Assembly: GCA_046290465.1 (NCBI GenBank)
Contig: JBKAGP010000001.1
Location: 288,001 to 352,000 of the forward strand
Source of the DNA: Planctomycetota bacterium
GTDB lineage: Bacteria; Planctomycetota; UBA1135; UBA2386
Reading direction: 5' to 3'
DNA length: 64,000 nt
The notes under the pieces are model-generated. The model did not search any database. It saw only the letters and a program-made list of their open reading frames with translations, and was not told where the DNA came from. Shown piece by piece: positions 1 to 10,181 of this stretch (positions are counted from its first letter, which is position 1; each line of letters begins with the position of its first letter). Made by a program: the position numbers and the translations under genes.

Positions 1-105
1 GGCGTCACGTTTGGCCGCTCCGCCGAGGTTGGTGGCCGCTCCGCCGAGGCCGGCGGTCGCTCCGCCGAGGCCGGTGGCCGCGCTGCCGAAGGAGGTGGCG
101 CATGA
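1..105 (+). CDS. 3' end of an upstream CDS (partial); possibly the cognate ECF sigma factor
   Basis: Frame 1 is open from base 1 to TGA at 103-105, which overlaps the ATG at 102 (ATGA coupling). Tail is GRSAE(V/A)G repeats. Sigma identity is inferred only from the downstream anti-sigma gene. Confidence 0.5.
   Translation, partial: GVTFGRSAEVGGRSAEAGGRSAEAGGRAAEGGGA
13..96 (+). repeat. 21-bp tandem repeat x4 (GGCCGCTCCGCCGAGGYYGGY)
   Basis: Units at 13-33, 34-54, 55-75 and 76-96 (last one degenerate). Confidence 0.85.
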
Positions 106-2708
106 GCCAGGATCCGATGTTCCAGCCGCCGAACCCGGCGGACCTGCGGCGTCGTCCGCCGGCGACCCCGGCCTGCGCGCGGGTGCGGGGCATGCTGCGC
201 GACTACGTCGACGGGGACCTCGGTCCCGGCAAGGCCGGCATCGTCGAGGACCACGTCTCGTCGTGCCGGGCATGCTCGGTCGAGCTGTCGCGGGCCGAGC
301 ACGAGACCCTGCGTCTGCGCCAGGCGTTCGCCGAACAGGGCGCCGAGGAGCGCCCGCTGCGCGCCGACTTCGCCAGCCGCGTCGTCGAGCAGCTGGTGCT
401 CACCGAGGGCATGTCGATGACCGAGCTGGGCACCGAATTGGGCCCGTCCGAATTGGTCGACGGCCGTGACGAGATGCGCGGGGACGGCGCCGACGGGAGC
501 ACCTTCGACGACGGCAACCCCGACGACGGCAACCCCGACGACGGCGAGGGCAGCTTCCTGCGCCTCGGGCCGGTTGGCATGCTGGTTGCCGGTGCCGCGG
601 TGCTGGCGCTGCTGGTCGCGTCCGTGCAGCTGTTCGGCACGCCGGACGTCGCGCCGAAGAGCGATGCGCGCCTGGTGGTGCTGTCCGCCGACGACACCTT
701 CGATGCGTTCCGTCGCCGCCTGATGGCTGGCGACAGCCTCGGTGAGAACCAGATCCTCTGGGTCGGCCGCGGCGGCACCGCGCTGATCGACTGGCACGAT
801 GCGTCGGAGCGGGCCCAGCCTGCGGCGACGCTCGAGGTGATCGACGGCGAACTGCGCCTGAGCGACGGTTCGCCGCTGCTCGACCACGGCAAGCTGTTGA
901 TCGAGACCAACCGCGGCGTGTCGATCCCGATGGCCGACGGCAGCGTCGTCGACCTCGGCATCGGCGAGTATTCGATCACGGCGATCCCGTCGGACATGAT
1001 CGAGGACGCCGCGCACGAGCCGCTCGGTGCGGTCGAGCTGCCCGGCGAACTGCGCATCGAGGTCGAGACCCGCGACGGCCAGCCGGCGCAGATCGTTCGC
1101 GCCGACGCGCCGCCGGCGATCGTCGCGATCGGTCGCACCGGCGTCTGTAGCGGTTCGGGCAGCGTCGACGTCTCGTCGGGGCCGGTCGCCGACCTCGGCG
1201 GCACGGCGCCGCGCGTGCCGGTGACGCCGCCGGTGCAGGGCGCGCAGGGCGTGCTCGCCGGCTACGTCTTCGGCCCGGGTGGCCAGCCGAGCCACAACAC
1301 CGAAGTGCTGCTCGCCTATGCGAGCCAGTCGCAGCTGGTCCAGTCGATGGAGATCAGCCAGCAGGACGGCCGCTTCCTGATCGCGAACGGCGAGCGCTGC
1401 GAGAGCGACTTCGCGATCGTGATGGCCTTGCCGGCCTCGCAGCTCGGCATGGCCTTCGTGCCGCCGCACCCGGTGGCGCTGCAGTACCACAACGAGTTCG
1501 CCTACCTGAAGGAGCACGTCGTCGTGCAGCACACGATGGCGCTGCAGGGCATCGTGCGCGACAACGTCGGCCAGCTCCGGGTCGGTGCCAAGGTGCTGCC
1601 GTGCATCATCGACGAGTGGTTCGGCACCGTCATGATGCTGCCGAGCCACGCCACCACGACCAACGGCAACGCGGTGTTCGCGATCGACGAACTGCCGGCG
1701 AAGCTGCCGAGGCACCAGCACCTGGCGTTGATGATCTGGCAGAGCAGCCTGGAGCCGACGATCGTGCCGGTGCCCGAGCGCGGCGAAGCCACCGCGACGA
1801 CGCAGGTGCTGCCGATCACGGTGCAGCAGGTCCGTTCGATCCAGATGCACGAGCTGCCGGTCAGCGCCACGCTGACCGTGCTCGAAGAGGTGCCGGGCAT
1901 GCCGCTGTCGGCGGCGGCCTCGGTGCACGAGGTCACGTCGGATGCGCAGGGGCGCGTGCTCGGCACCCAGGTCGGTCGCGGTCGCCTGTGGCTGCTGTCG
2001 GGCTCGGCGCTGTTCCCGCGCGTGCAGCCGCTGGTGCTCGACCAGCTCAACGGCCTGCCGCGCTACCGCCCGGACGGTCCGCCGGTCGACATCCGGCGTC
2101 GCTTCCGCGTGCTGCACAACCTCGACGGCACCAACGTGCGGGTCGCCAACCACTACCGCTACGAGAACATCGAGGTCCAGCCGGTCGAGAACGTGGTGTC
2201 GAGCCAGGCGCTGCGCGTCACCGACGGGTTCAACCGCACGCTCGAGGGCTGCGAGGTGTTCGCGGTGTCCCAGTCGATCACGCGGTCGCTGCCGGACGCG
2301 CGCTTCCTCGGGCTGACCAACGCCGCGGGCGTGCTGTCGCTCGGCCGCGTCAAGGCGCACGAGGACGTGTTCGTGCTCGGCCCGGCGGGCGAGGTCGCGT
2401 GGATCGCGCGTCCGGGCAACCTCGGCGCGACGGTGTCGCTGGTGCTCAAGGAGCCGGGCCGCGTGCTCGTCGACGAGCAGCTGCGCCCGGACTCGGCCGA
2501 TCCGGTGCGTCGCCGCGCGCTGGTGTTCCGTCGCGACGCCAACGAGGTGCTCAGCGGCATGCGTCCGGTCGCGGTGCGCTTCGCCGGGGACGACAACGAC
2601 TGGGAGGTCGGCGGGATCCCGCCGGGGCACTACTGGGTCGAACTCGACCAGCAGGTGTTCGAGGTCGAGGTGCCGTCGAAGGGCTTCGTGCGGCTGCAGC
2701 CGGACTGA
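102..2708 (+). CDS. zf-HC2 (ZAS) anti-sigma factor with TM helix and a large extracytoplasmic FecR-like/beta-sandwich region
   Basis: N-terminal C..VRGMLRDYVDGDL...EDHVSSCRAC (HxxxCxxC), TM helix LVAGAAVLALLVASV, GGAGG SD before the ATG. Confidence 0.75.
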   Translation: MSQDPMFQPPNPADLRRRPPATPACARVRGMLRDYVDGDLGPGKAGIVEDHVSSCRACSVELSRAEHETLRLRQAFAEQGAEERPLRADFASRVVEQLVLTEGMSMTELGTELGPSELVDGRDEMRGDGADGSTFDDGNPDDGNPDDGEGSFLRLGPVGMLVAGAAVLALLVASVQLFGTPDVAPKSDARLVVLSADDTFDAFRRRLMAGDSLGENQILWVGRGGTALIDWHDASERAQPAATLEVIDGELRLSDGSPLLDHGKLLIETNRGVSIPMADGSVVDLGIGEYSITAIPSDMIEDAAHEPLGAVELPGELRIEVETRDGQPAQIVRADAPPAIVAIGRTGVCSGSGSVDVSSGPVADLGGTAPRVPVTPPVQGAQGVLAGYVFGPGGQPSHNTEVLLAYASQSQLVQSMEISQQDGRFLIANGERCESDFAIVMALPASQLGMAFVPPHPVALQYHNEFAYLKEHVVVQHTMALQGIVRDNVGQLRVGAKVLPCIIDEWFGTVMMLPSHATTTNGNAVFAIDELPAKLPRHQHLALMIWQSSLEPTIVPVPERGEATATTQVLPITVQQVRSIQMHELPVSATLTVLEEVPGMPLSAAASVHEVTSDAQGRVLGTQVGRGRLWLLSGSALFPRVQPLVLDQLNGLPRYRPDGPPVDIRRRFRVLHNLDGTNVRVANHYRYENIEVQPVENVVSSQALRVTDGFNRTLEGCEVFAVSQSITRSLPDARFLGLTNAAGVLSLGRVKAHEDVFVLGPAGEVAWIARPGNLGATVSLVLKEPGRVLVDEQLRPDSADPVRRRALVFRRDANEVLSGMRPVAVRFAGDDNDWEVGGIPPGHYWVELDQQVFEVEVPSKGFVRLQPD

Positions 2709-2735
2709 GCCGCGGCCCGACCCCAGCTGACGGAA

Positions 2736-2779
2736 GCATCGTCGACGCCCGCATCGTCGACAGGCGCATCGTGACGGGC
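2736..2779 (+). repeat. Intergenic 15-bp tandem repeat x3 (GCATCGTCGAC core)
   Basis: gcatcgtcgacgccc gcatcgtcgacaggc gcatcgtgacgggc. Confidence 0.6.
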
Positions 2780-2859
2780 GCGCCGCCGACCGCCGCGCCG
2801 CCGCCGGAACCGCCGGCGCCCGGGTGGACACCCGGCACCGGGCGCCTAAGCTCCGCCGC

Positions 2860-5412
2860 ATGCGAGCCCTCGCGTCCGTCTCCCTCCTCGCGCTCGTCGC
2901 CGGTGACCTGTGCGCCCAGCGCGGCGACCGGCCCGGTGAGAAGCAGGTGATGCTGCCCGATTCGGTGGACGTGCCGCCGGCGATCGTGCGCACGCCGGCG
3001 GAGGAGCGCGCGACGTTCCACCTGCCGAAGGGCTACGAGGTGCAGCTGTTCGCCAGCGAGCCGATGGTCCAGGATCCGGTGCTCGCGACCTGGGACGGAG
3101 ACGGCCGCATGTGGGTGTGCGAGTTCACCAGCTACATGAAGGACATCGTCGCCACCGACGAGGCCGAGCCGAGCGGCCGAATCGTGGTGCTGCACGACGA
3201 CGACGGCGACGGCGCGGCGGACCGTTGGACCGTGTTCGCCAAGGACCTGGTGCTGCCGCGCGCGGTGCTGCCGATGCGCGGCGGCGCGCTGGTGATCACC
3301 CCGCCCAACCTCGTCTGGATGCCGGACGCCGATGGCGACCTGGTCGCCGACGGACCGCAGCAGGTGATCATGGGCGGCTTCGAGGCCGGCACCGGCAACC
3401 CCGAGCACTCGGGCAACGGCCTGACCTGGGAACTCGACCACCGCATCCACCTGTGCAACGACAAGCGGCTGCTGCGCTGGACCGGCGTCGGCACGTTCGA
3501 GCTCGAACGCGGCAACGGCGGTGGCCAGTGGGGCCTCGCGATGGACGATCGCGGCCGCTTCTACTTCAACTACAACTCCGACTGGCTGCGCGTCGACCTG
3601 GTGCCGAACCACTACGGCGCACCCGCGGCCGACCTCGGTGGCCTGCCGGGCCTCAACCACCGGGCGGTCTCCGACCAGAGCACCTGGCCCGCGCGCATCA
3701 CGCCCGGCGTCAACCGCGGCTACCGCAAGGGCGTGCTGCGCGACTACAAGCTCGCGCGAACGACCGGCGTGTGCTCGCCGTGTGCCTACCGCGGCACGCT
3801 GCTGCCGTGCGACGGCGACGTGTTCGTCTGCGAACCGTGCGGCAACCTGGTGCGCCGGTTCGTGATGCGCGACGGGGACGCGCGCATGGGCGGCGACAAC
3901 GCCTATGCGGCGGTGCAGGACGAGTTCCTGACCTCGACCGACGAGCGCTTCCGGCCGGTCGGCCTGAGCAACGGCCCCGACGGTGCGCTGTACGTCGTCG
4001 ACATGTACCGCGGTGTCATCCAGCACCGCAACTACGTGACGTCGTTCCTGCGCCACCAGGTCGAGAAGCGCGGCCTCGAGGACCCGATCCACAAGGGCCG
4101 CATCTGGCGCATCGTCCCCAAGGTCGGGCGCGAGGTCGCCGCCGCGCCGAAGCTGTCGCAGGCGGAGCCCGCCGCGGTCGCGGCGGCGCTGGCGCACGAC
4201 AGCGGCACGGTGCGCGATCAGGCGCTGCAGCACCTGGTGCAGCACGACTTGCAGGCGGCGCTGCCGACGGTGCGGTCGCTGCTGACGCACGAACGCGCCG
4301 CCGTGCGCATCGCGGCGCTGTCGGCCGTACAGGGGCTCGGGGCGTGGACCGATTCGGAGGTGCGGCGGTTCGTGCGCGACCCGGACGCGGGCGTGCGCTG
4401 CTTTACGTGGCAGCACGCCGGCTCGGCGCTGGCGCGCCACGACAACCACGTCTGGACCGCGGTCGAGCAGCTCGATGCCGGCACCGCAGCCAATGTGCGC
4501 TGGCACGCAGCGCTGGCGGTCGGCGACGCCCTGCGCCACGACGACCTCGACCCCGAACGCGCCGAGCCGCGCGCGTTGCGGCGGCTGTCGCGGTTCGTGC
4601 TCGACGACCCCGGGGACGCCGTGCTGCGCGGCTGCGTCGCGACCGCGGCGCACCCGCACCTCGGCGACGTGCTCGCCGCGCTCGCGGCTGCGGACGCCAG
4701 CAACAAGGAGCTGCGCGCGGCGATCGTCGACCTGTCCCGGCGGGCCATGCGCAGCCGCGATCGCGACACCCAGCGGCACGTGCTGGCCGTGGCCGGCGAG
4801 GTCGCCACCGACAACGCCCGCGGTGCGCTGCTGCAGGGCTTCGCCGCGGCGCTGCCGAAGGGCAACCATCGCGTCGGCTGGCTCGACCTCGGCGAGGCGC
4901 CGAGTCAGCTGGCGGCGCTCGGCACCAGCGCCGACCAGCGCATCCGCCGCCACGCCCAGGCGCTGCTCGGCGCGGTGCGCGTCGGCGGGGCCGCCGCGCC
5001 CGGTGCCGTCACCAGCCTGACCGACGCCGAGAAGGCGATGGTGCAGAAGGGCTCGGTCGTGTTCCGCGGCGCGTGCGCGGCTTGCCACCAGCTCGACGGC
5101 TCCGGCCAGCAGGGGCTGGCGCCGCCGCTGCGCGACTCCGAGTGGGTCACCGGGCCGTCCGAGCGGCTGGTCCGGATCGCGCTGCACGGCGTTCGCGGCC
5201 CGATCGAGGTCGACGGCACCAGGTGGGACCTCGAGATGCCGGGCCAGGGCCACCTGAGCGACCAGGAACTGGCGCAGGTGCTCAGCTACCTGCGTCGCGC
5301 GTTCGGCCACCAGGCCTCGTGCATCTCGCCCAAGCAGGTCCAGCAGGAGCGCCGGCGGACCAACAAGCGGGCCTCGGCCTGGACGGCGGCGGAACTGCTC
5401 GGCAAGAAGTAG
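2860..5412 (+). CDS. PVC-type membrane-bound dehydrogenase-like protein (beta-propeller + HEAT repeats + C-terminal cytochrome c)
   Basis: Signal peptide; [36 protein letters not shown] motifs; heme motif CAACH with distal Met (EMPG). Confidence 0.85.
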   Translation: MRALASVSLLALVAGDLCAQRGDRPGEKQVMLPDSVDVPPAIVRTPAEERATFHLPKGYEVQLFASEPMVQDPVLATWDGDGRMWVCEFTSYMKDIVATDEAEPSGRIVVLHDDDGDGAADRWTVFAKDLVLPRAVLPMRGGALVITPPNLVWMPDADGDLVADGPQQVIMGGFEAGTGNPEHSGNGLTWELDHRIHLCNDKRLLRWTGVGTFELERGNGGGQWGLAMDDRGRFYFNYNSDWLRVDLVPNHYGAPAADLGGLPGLNHRAVSDQSTWPARITPGVNRGYRKGVLRDYKLARTTGVCSPCAYRGTLLPCDGDVFVCEPCGNLVRRFVMRDGDARMGGDNAYAAVQDEFLTSTDERFRPVGLSNGPDGALYVVDMYRGVIQHRNYVTSFLRHQVEKRGLEDPIHKGRIWRIVPKVGREVAAAPKLSQAEPAAVAAALAHDSGTVRDQALQHLVQHDLQAALPTVRSLLTHERAAVRIAALSAVQGLGAWTDSEVRRFVRDPDAGVRCFTWQHAGSALARHDNHVWTAVEQLDAGTAANVRWHAALAVGDALRHDDLDPERAEPRALRRLSRFVLDDPGDAVLRGCVATAAHPHLGDVLAALAAADASNKELRAAIVDLSRRAMRSRDRDTQRHVLAVAGEVATDNARGALLQGFAAALPKGNHRVGWLDLGEAPSQLAALGTSADQRIRRHAQALLGAVRVGGAAAPGAVTSLTDAEKAMVQKGSVVFRGACAACHQLDGSGQQGLAPPLRDSEWVTGPSERLVRIALHGVRGPIEVDGTRWDLEMPGQGHLSDQELAQVLSYLRRAFGHQASCISPKQVQQERRRTNKRASAWTAAELLGKK

Positions 5413-5434
5413 CCGGCGCGCTACCGTGCCGGGC

Positions 5435-6613
5435 ATGACCTCGTTCGATCCCGTCAAGGAAGACCGCTTCACGTTCGGCCTGTGGACCGTCGGCAACCCC
5501 GGCCGCGATCCGTTCGGCGAGCCGGTGCGGCCGCGCATCGACCCCAACGCCATCGTGCGCGGCCTGGCCGAGTGCGGCGCCTACGGCGTCAACCTGCACG
5601 ACAACGACCTGGTGCCGTTCGGCGCGTCGGCGAGCGAGCACGACCGGATCGTCAACGAGTTCAAGGCGGCCCTCGCGGACACCGGCATGAAGGTGCCGAT
5701 GGCGACGACCAACCTGTTCTCGCACCCGGTGTTCAAGGACGGCGCGTTCACGTCGAACGACCCGAAGGTGCGCGCGTTCGCGCTGGCCAAGACGATGCGT
5801 GCGATGGACCTCGGCGCCGACCTCGGCGCGAAGATCTTCGTGTTCTGGGGCGGCCGCGAAGGGGTCGAGGCCGACGCCTGCCGCGACCCGCGCGACGCAT
5901 GGAACCGGATGCGCGACGCGATGGACTTCTTGTGCGAGTACTCGAAGGAGCAGGACTACGGCATGAAGTTCGCGCTCGAGGCCAAGCCCAACGAGCCGCG
6001 CGGCGACCTCTACCTGCCGACCACCGGCCACATGCTGCACTTCATCTCGACGCTGCAGAACGAGGAGATGGTCGGCGTCAATCCCGAGGTCGCGCACGAG
6101 GTGATGGCCGGCCTGTCGTTCGCGCACAACGTCGCCGAGGCGCTGGCCTGCGACAAGCTGTTCCACATCGACCTCAACGGCCAGAAGATCGGCCGCTACG
6201 ACCAGGACCTGCGCTTTGGCAGCGAGGACCAGAAGGGCGCGTTCCTGCTGGTGCGCCTGCTCGAGGGCACGCTGGGTGGCGCGCCGTACACCGGCCCGCT
6301 GCACTTCGACGCGCACGCCTACCGCAGCGAGGACCAGGACGGTGTCTGGGAGTTCGCGCGCGGCTGCATGCGTACCTACAAGATCCTCAAGCACAAGGCG
6401 GAGGCGTTCGACGCCGACCCGGAGGTCAAGGAGATCATCGCCGAGCAGAAGGACGGCGCGATCGATCCGCTGCTGACCGGCGGCTACAGCAAGGACAAGG
6501 CGGCGGCCCTGAAGGCGCTCGACATCGACGCCGACGAGGTCAGCAAGCGCGGCCTCCGCTACGAACGCCTCGACCAGCTGCTGGTCGAGCACCTGCTCGG
6601 CGTGCGCGGCTGA
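5435..6613 (+). CDS. xylA: Xylose isomerase (short class I type)
   Basis: [58 protein letters not shown]. Confidence 0.95.
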   Translation: MTSFDPVKEDRFTFGLWTVGNPGRDPFGEPVRPRIDPNAIVRGLAECGAYGVNLHDNDLVPFGASASEHDRIVNEFKAALADTGMKVPMATTNLFSHPVFKDGAFTSNDPKVRAFALAKTMRAMDLGADLGAKIFVFWGGREGVEADACRDPRDAWNRMRDAMDFLCEYSKEQDYGMKFALEAKPNEPRGDLYLPTTGHMLHFISTLQNEEMVGVNPEVAHEVMAGLSFAHNVAEALACDKLFHIDLNGQKIGRYDQDLRFGSEDQKGAFLLVRLLEGTLGGAPYTGPLHFDAHAYRSEDQDGVWEFARGCMRTYKILKHKAEAFDADPEVKEIIAEQKDGAIDPLLTGGYSKDKAAALKALDIDADEVSKRGLRYERLDQLLVEHLLGVRG

Positions 6614-6624
6614 TCGAGAACGGC

Positions 6625-8079
6625 ATGAGCAGGTCCCTGTATCTCGGCTTCGACGTCGGCACCCAGAGCGTCAAGGCGCTGGTCGTCGACGCGGAGCGCC
6701 AGCAGGTCGTCGCGCGCCGGAGCCAGGCGCTGGCGTTGATCGACGGGCTCGGCGACGGCCACATGGAGCAGCACCCGCGCGACTGGATCGACGCGGTGGT
6801 CGCGACCGGTCGGGCGGTGCTCGGTGACGTCGATGCGTCGCGTATCGCGGCGATCGGCGTGTCCGGACAACAGCACGGCTGCGTCGTGCTGGACGCGGAC
6901 GACCGGGTCGTGCGGCCGGCCAAGCTCTGGTGCGACACGGCGACCGCGGACGAAGCCCGGCAGCTCGGCGAGGCGCTCGGTCGCGCGGTGCCGACCGGCT
7001 TCACCGCCAGCAAGCTGTCGTGGCTGAAGCGGCACGAGCCGGACAACTGGCGCCGCGTCCGTCGCGTGCTGCTGCCGCACGACTACGTCAACTTCTGGCT
7101 GACCGGTCGGTTCGTGATGGAGTGCGGCGACGCGTCGGGCAGCGGCTGGTTCGACCCCGCGGCGCGCGCGTTCGACGCCAGGGCGATGTCGGCGATCGAC
7201 CCTTCGCTCGCGCAGATGATGCCCGAACTGGTCGATGCGCACGCGCTGGTCGGTGAGGTGCAGGCCTCGGCCCAGGACGCGCTCGGCCTGCCGGCAGGCG
7301 TGCAGGTGGCGGCCGGCGGCGGCGACAACATGATGTCGGCGATCGGCAGCGGCGCGACCCGCGACGGCGTCGTCGTCGTCAGCCTAGGCACCTCGGGCAC
7401 GATCTTCACGCGCACGGGCCACGCCGTCGTCGATCCCGACGGGCTGATCGCGCCGTTCTGCAGCAGCGACGGCGGCTGGATGCCGCTGCTGTGCGTGATG
7501 AACCTGACCGGCGTCAGCGAAGAGGTGAAGGCGCTGACCGGCATGGAGCACGACCGCCTGACCGCCGCCGCGGCGCAGGTCGCGCCCGGCTGCGACGGGA
7601 TCACGTGGCTGCCGTTCTTGATGGGGGAGCGCGTGCCCGACCTGCCGAACGCCACCGGCACCCTGCTCGGCATGCGGCCCGGCACGCTGCGGCCGGGCCA
7701 TCTCTACCGCGCCGCGCTCGAAGGCACCTCGCTCAACCTCGGCCTCGGCTTCGAACGGCTGCAGGCGCTCGGCGTGCAGGTCGACGAGGTGCGGTTGACC
7801 GGCGGCGCCGCCAACAACGGCCTGTGGCGCCAGATCCTGGCCAACGTGTTCGGCGCGACGGTGCGGGTGCTGGTCGAGACCGAGTCCGCCGCGCTCGGCG
7901 GGGCGCTGCAGGCGCTGTGGGCGGTTCGGCGCCGCGACGGCGACGACGTGTCGTCGGACGACGTGGCGCGGCCGTTCGTGCGGCTCGGCGAGGCGACTGA
8001 GCCGGACGGCGATGCGGCGACCTACCGCGCGCTGCTGGCCGACTACCGCGCTGCCGTCGCGCGGATCTACGGCGCCTGA
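6625..8079 (+). CDS. xylB: Xylulokinase (FGGY family)
   Basis: GFDVGTQSVK, GVSGQQHG, GGGDN, SLGTSGT, GERVPDLP; directly follows xylA. Confidence 0.93.
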   Translation: MSRSLYLGFDVGTQSVKALVVDAERQQVVARRSQALALIDGLGDGHMEQHPRDWIDAVVATGRAVLGDVDASRIAAIGVSGQQHGCVVLDADDRVVRPAKLWCDTATADEARQLGEALGRAVPTGFTASKLSWLKRHEPDNWRRVRRVLLPHDYVNFWLTGRFVMECGDASGSGWFDPAARAFDARAMSAIDPSLAQMMPELVDAHALVGEVQASAQDALGLPAGVQVAAGGGDNMMSAIGSGATRDGVVVVSLGTSGTIFTRTGHAVVDPDGLIAPFCSSDGGWMPLLCVMNLTGVSEEVKALTGMEHDRLTAAAAQVAPGCDGITWLPFLMGERVPDLPNATGTLLGMRPGTLRPGHLYRAALEGTSLNLGLGFERLQALGVQVDEVRLTGGAANNGLWRQILANVFGATVRVLVETESAALGGALQALWAVRRRDGDDVSSDDVARPFVRLGEATEPDGDAATYRALLADYRAAVARIYGA

Positions 8080-8086
8080 GCGGCGC

Positions 8087-9100
8087 TCAGTTCCAGTCCG
8101 CGAACAGCAGCAGCACGCGACTCGGCACGAACAGCAGGCCGTCGACGAACACGGCGACCGGCGTCAACGCGACCTGGCCGAGACGCTTGCCGACGCCGAC
8201 CTCGGGGGTGCGGTAGTGACGGCGCGATTCGTGCACGCGTGCTGGAACCGCGGGCAGGTCGGCGAGCGCGTCCGGGTCGGCGAAGGCCGCCTGGTCGGCC
8301 GCGGCAGGGTGCTCGACGAAGTTGGTGCGGAAGCTGGCGTGGCCGCGGCGCCAGTCCGTCATGCCGACGAGCCACAGGTCGGTCGGCGTCGTGCGCACGT
8401 AGTCGGTGCGGTCGCCGTCGACGACGCGCAGGTAGACGGTCCACGGCGCGTAGATCTCGGTCCTGGCCGTGAACGGCACGTTTTGGCCGCGCCGGTCGGG
8501 CGAACGGTCCTGCGGGGCGGGGTCGCCGTCCTCGTCCACGATCACGAACGACGCGACCCGCGCGTCGGCAGTGCTGTGCTCCGTCCAGGCGTCGCCCGGC
8601 ATGCTGGCCACGAGCGGGCCCAGCTGCCACAGGGCCAGCTCCAGGCCGTGGTGCTGTGCGCCGTCCTGCTGCAGCGCACGCAGCGCCTGCGGCGGCACGT
8701 CCTTGGCTTGCAGCACCGTGCGCCATCCCGGCAGCCAGCGCCCCTCGATGCTGATCCGGCCGCGGTAGCGCGGGGCGCCGTCGTCGATCTGCGTCGTGCT
8801 CAGCCAGACCTCGGTCGACGTCGCCTCGAAGGACCGGTCGCGCTGCAGCAGCGCGACCGCCTCCTCGCCGTAGATCAGGTGCGGGTGGCATCGGACCGCG
8901 CGATCGCCGGTGAGGTAGACGAACGTGCCGTCGGCGTCGGGGTGCACCTGCGCCTGCACGTGGATGTCGTCCTTGTCGGCGAGTTCGTAGCGGCCCTCGT
9001 CCAGCTCCCAGAGCTTGGACGTGGCGCAGCCGGGGCCGGTGGCGATGCCGAGCAGCAGCGTCGCGGTGATCGAGATGGTCGCGGTGCGTCGAGCCTTCAT
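8087..9100 (-). CDS. Hypothetical lipoprotein
   Basis: MKARR + hydrophobic stretch + GPGC lipobox-like motif; C-terminal hydrophobic segment ALTPVAVFVDGLLF. Confidence 0.55.
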   Translation of the reverse strand: MKARRTATISITATLLLGIATGPGCATSKLWELDEGRYELADKDDIHVQAQVHPDADGTFVYLTGDRAVRCHPHLIYGEEAVALLQRDRSFEATSTEVWLSTTQIDDGAPRYRGRISIEGRWLPGWRTVLQAKDVPPQALRALQQDGAQHHGLELALWQLGPLVASMPGDAWTEHSTADARVASFVIVDEDGDPAPQDRSPDRRGQNVPFTARTEIYAPWTVYLRVVDGDRTDYVRTTPTDLWLVGMTDWRRGHASFRTNFVEHPAAADQAAFADPDALADLPAVPARVHESRRHYRTPEVGVGKRLGQVALTPVAVFVDGLLFVPSRVLLLFADWN

Positions 9101-9390
9101 GCCGTGCATCATCGTCGGGCGGGCTCGCCATGTGCAGGCAATGAGAGATGGTGTGTCGTTAAGCGGTGCGAATCGACGGGCGGGCCTGCTCGGCGGCGCG
9201 GTCACCTCGACGCAGATCTGGTCGCCCGTAGCACCGGTGCTCGGCGGCAACCTGACGTTCGCGTTCCAGCTGCAGTGAGCTTGGGTAGCCGTTCGCGGGC
9301 GCGCCGAAGTTCGGGGTCTCCGTCGCCTGCACGTCGACTATGTTGCTGGCCTGCAATCCCCGAGTCGACGGCAACGCACGAGGCATGGTC

Positions 9391-10050
9391 ATGGTGGAGC
9401 TGGACAGAACCGAAGCACGGATCGTCGGAGTCCTGATCGAGAAGCAGCGCACGGTCCCGGACAGCTACCCGATGACCGAGAACGCGCTGGTCCACGGCTG
9501 CAACCAGAAGAGCAACCGGGATCCGGTGATGGACCTGCAGCAGTTCGAGGTGGCCGGCGCGTGCATGGCGCTGCACCAGCGCGAGGTGATCGCGCGGGTG
9601 GAGGGCGGCGGGCGCGCGGCGAAGTTCCGCCACAAGCTCGACGAGCTGTTGCACGTCGGCGACGACGCGCTCGCGGTGCTGTGCGAACTGCTGGTTCGCG
9701 GCCCCCAGGCGCCCGGCGCGCTCAAGCCGCGGGTCGCACGGATGGGGTTCCACGGCTCGCCGGCGCAGATCGAAGACGTGCTGCGCAGCCTGGCCGAACG
9801 TTCGCCGCCGCTGGTCGAGCTACAGCCGAAGCGCCCGCGAGAACGCGACCAGCGCTGGGCGCACCTGCTCGGCCCCGGCAACGTCGCCCTCGCACCGGAG
9901 GTTGGCGATGCGAGTGAGCCGAAAGACCAACCAACGGCGCACGCACCCGCCCCGAGCCTGCCGACCACGACCGACGACACCGTCGCCGAACGCCTGGCCG
10001 CCCTCGAAGCGCGCGTCGACGAACTCGAGCGCCGCCTCGAAGGCCTCTAG
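9391..10050 (+). CDS. YceH/DUF480 family protein
   Basis: EARIVGVLIEKQRTVPDSYPMT.NAL..GCNQKSNRDPVM, LLVRGPQ, RWAHLL, C-terminal coiled coil. Start could instead be 9385. Confidence 0.9.
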   Translation: MVELDRTEARIVGVLIEKQRTVPDSYPMTENALVHGCNQKSNRDPVMDLQQFEVAGACMALHQREVIARVEGGGRAAKFRHKLDELLHVGDDALAVLCELLVRGPQAPGALKPRVARMGFHGSPAQIEDVLRSLAERSPPLVELQPKRPRERDQRWAHLLGPGNVALAPEVGDASEPKDQPTAHAPAPSLPTTTDDTVAERLAALEARVDELERRLEGL

Positions 10051-10064
10051 CCACCGGCACCGTT

Positions 10065-10175
10065 CCCCAACTGCCCCAACATGAACCCGGTTCGGTATGC
10101 GGCCCCAAACGCCGCATACTGAACCGGGTTCATGTTGGGGCGGTTGGGGGCGCAGGTGGAACGCGGTTCGGTATG
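10065..10175. repeat. Long inverted repeat (39-bp arms, 7-nt loop) plus a third core copy; REP/BIME-like or bidirectional terminator
   Basis: Arms 10065-10103 and 10111-10149 with 2 mismatches. Core GAACSCGGTTCRGTATG at 10083(+), 10115(-) and 10159(+). Lies between convergent genes. Confidence 0.85.
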
Positions 10176-10181
10176 GGGTGG

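Noticed and set aside
5482..6624. N-terminal extension or fusion of xylulokinase in the ORF track
   Set aside because: It is an alternative frame over xylA; FGGY similarity begins at ATG 6625.
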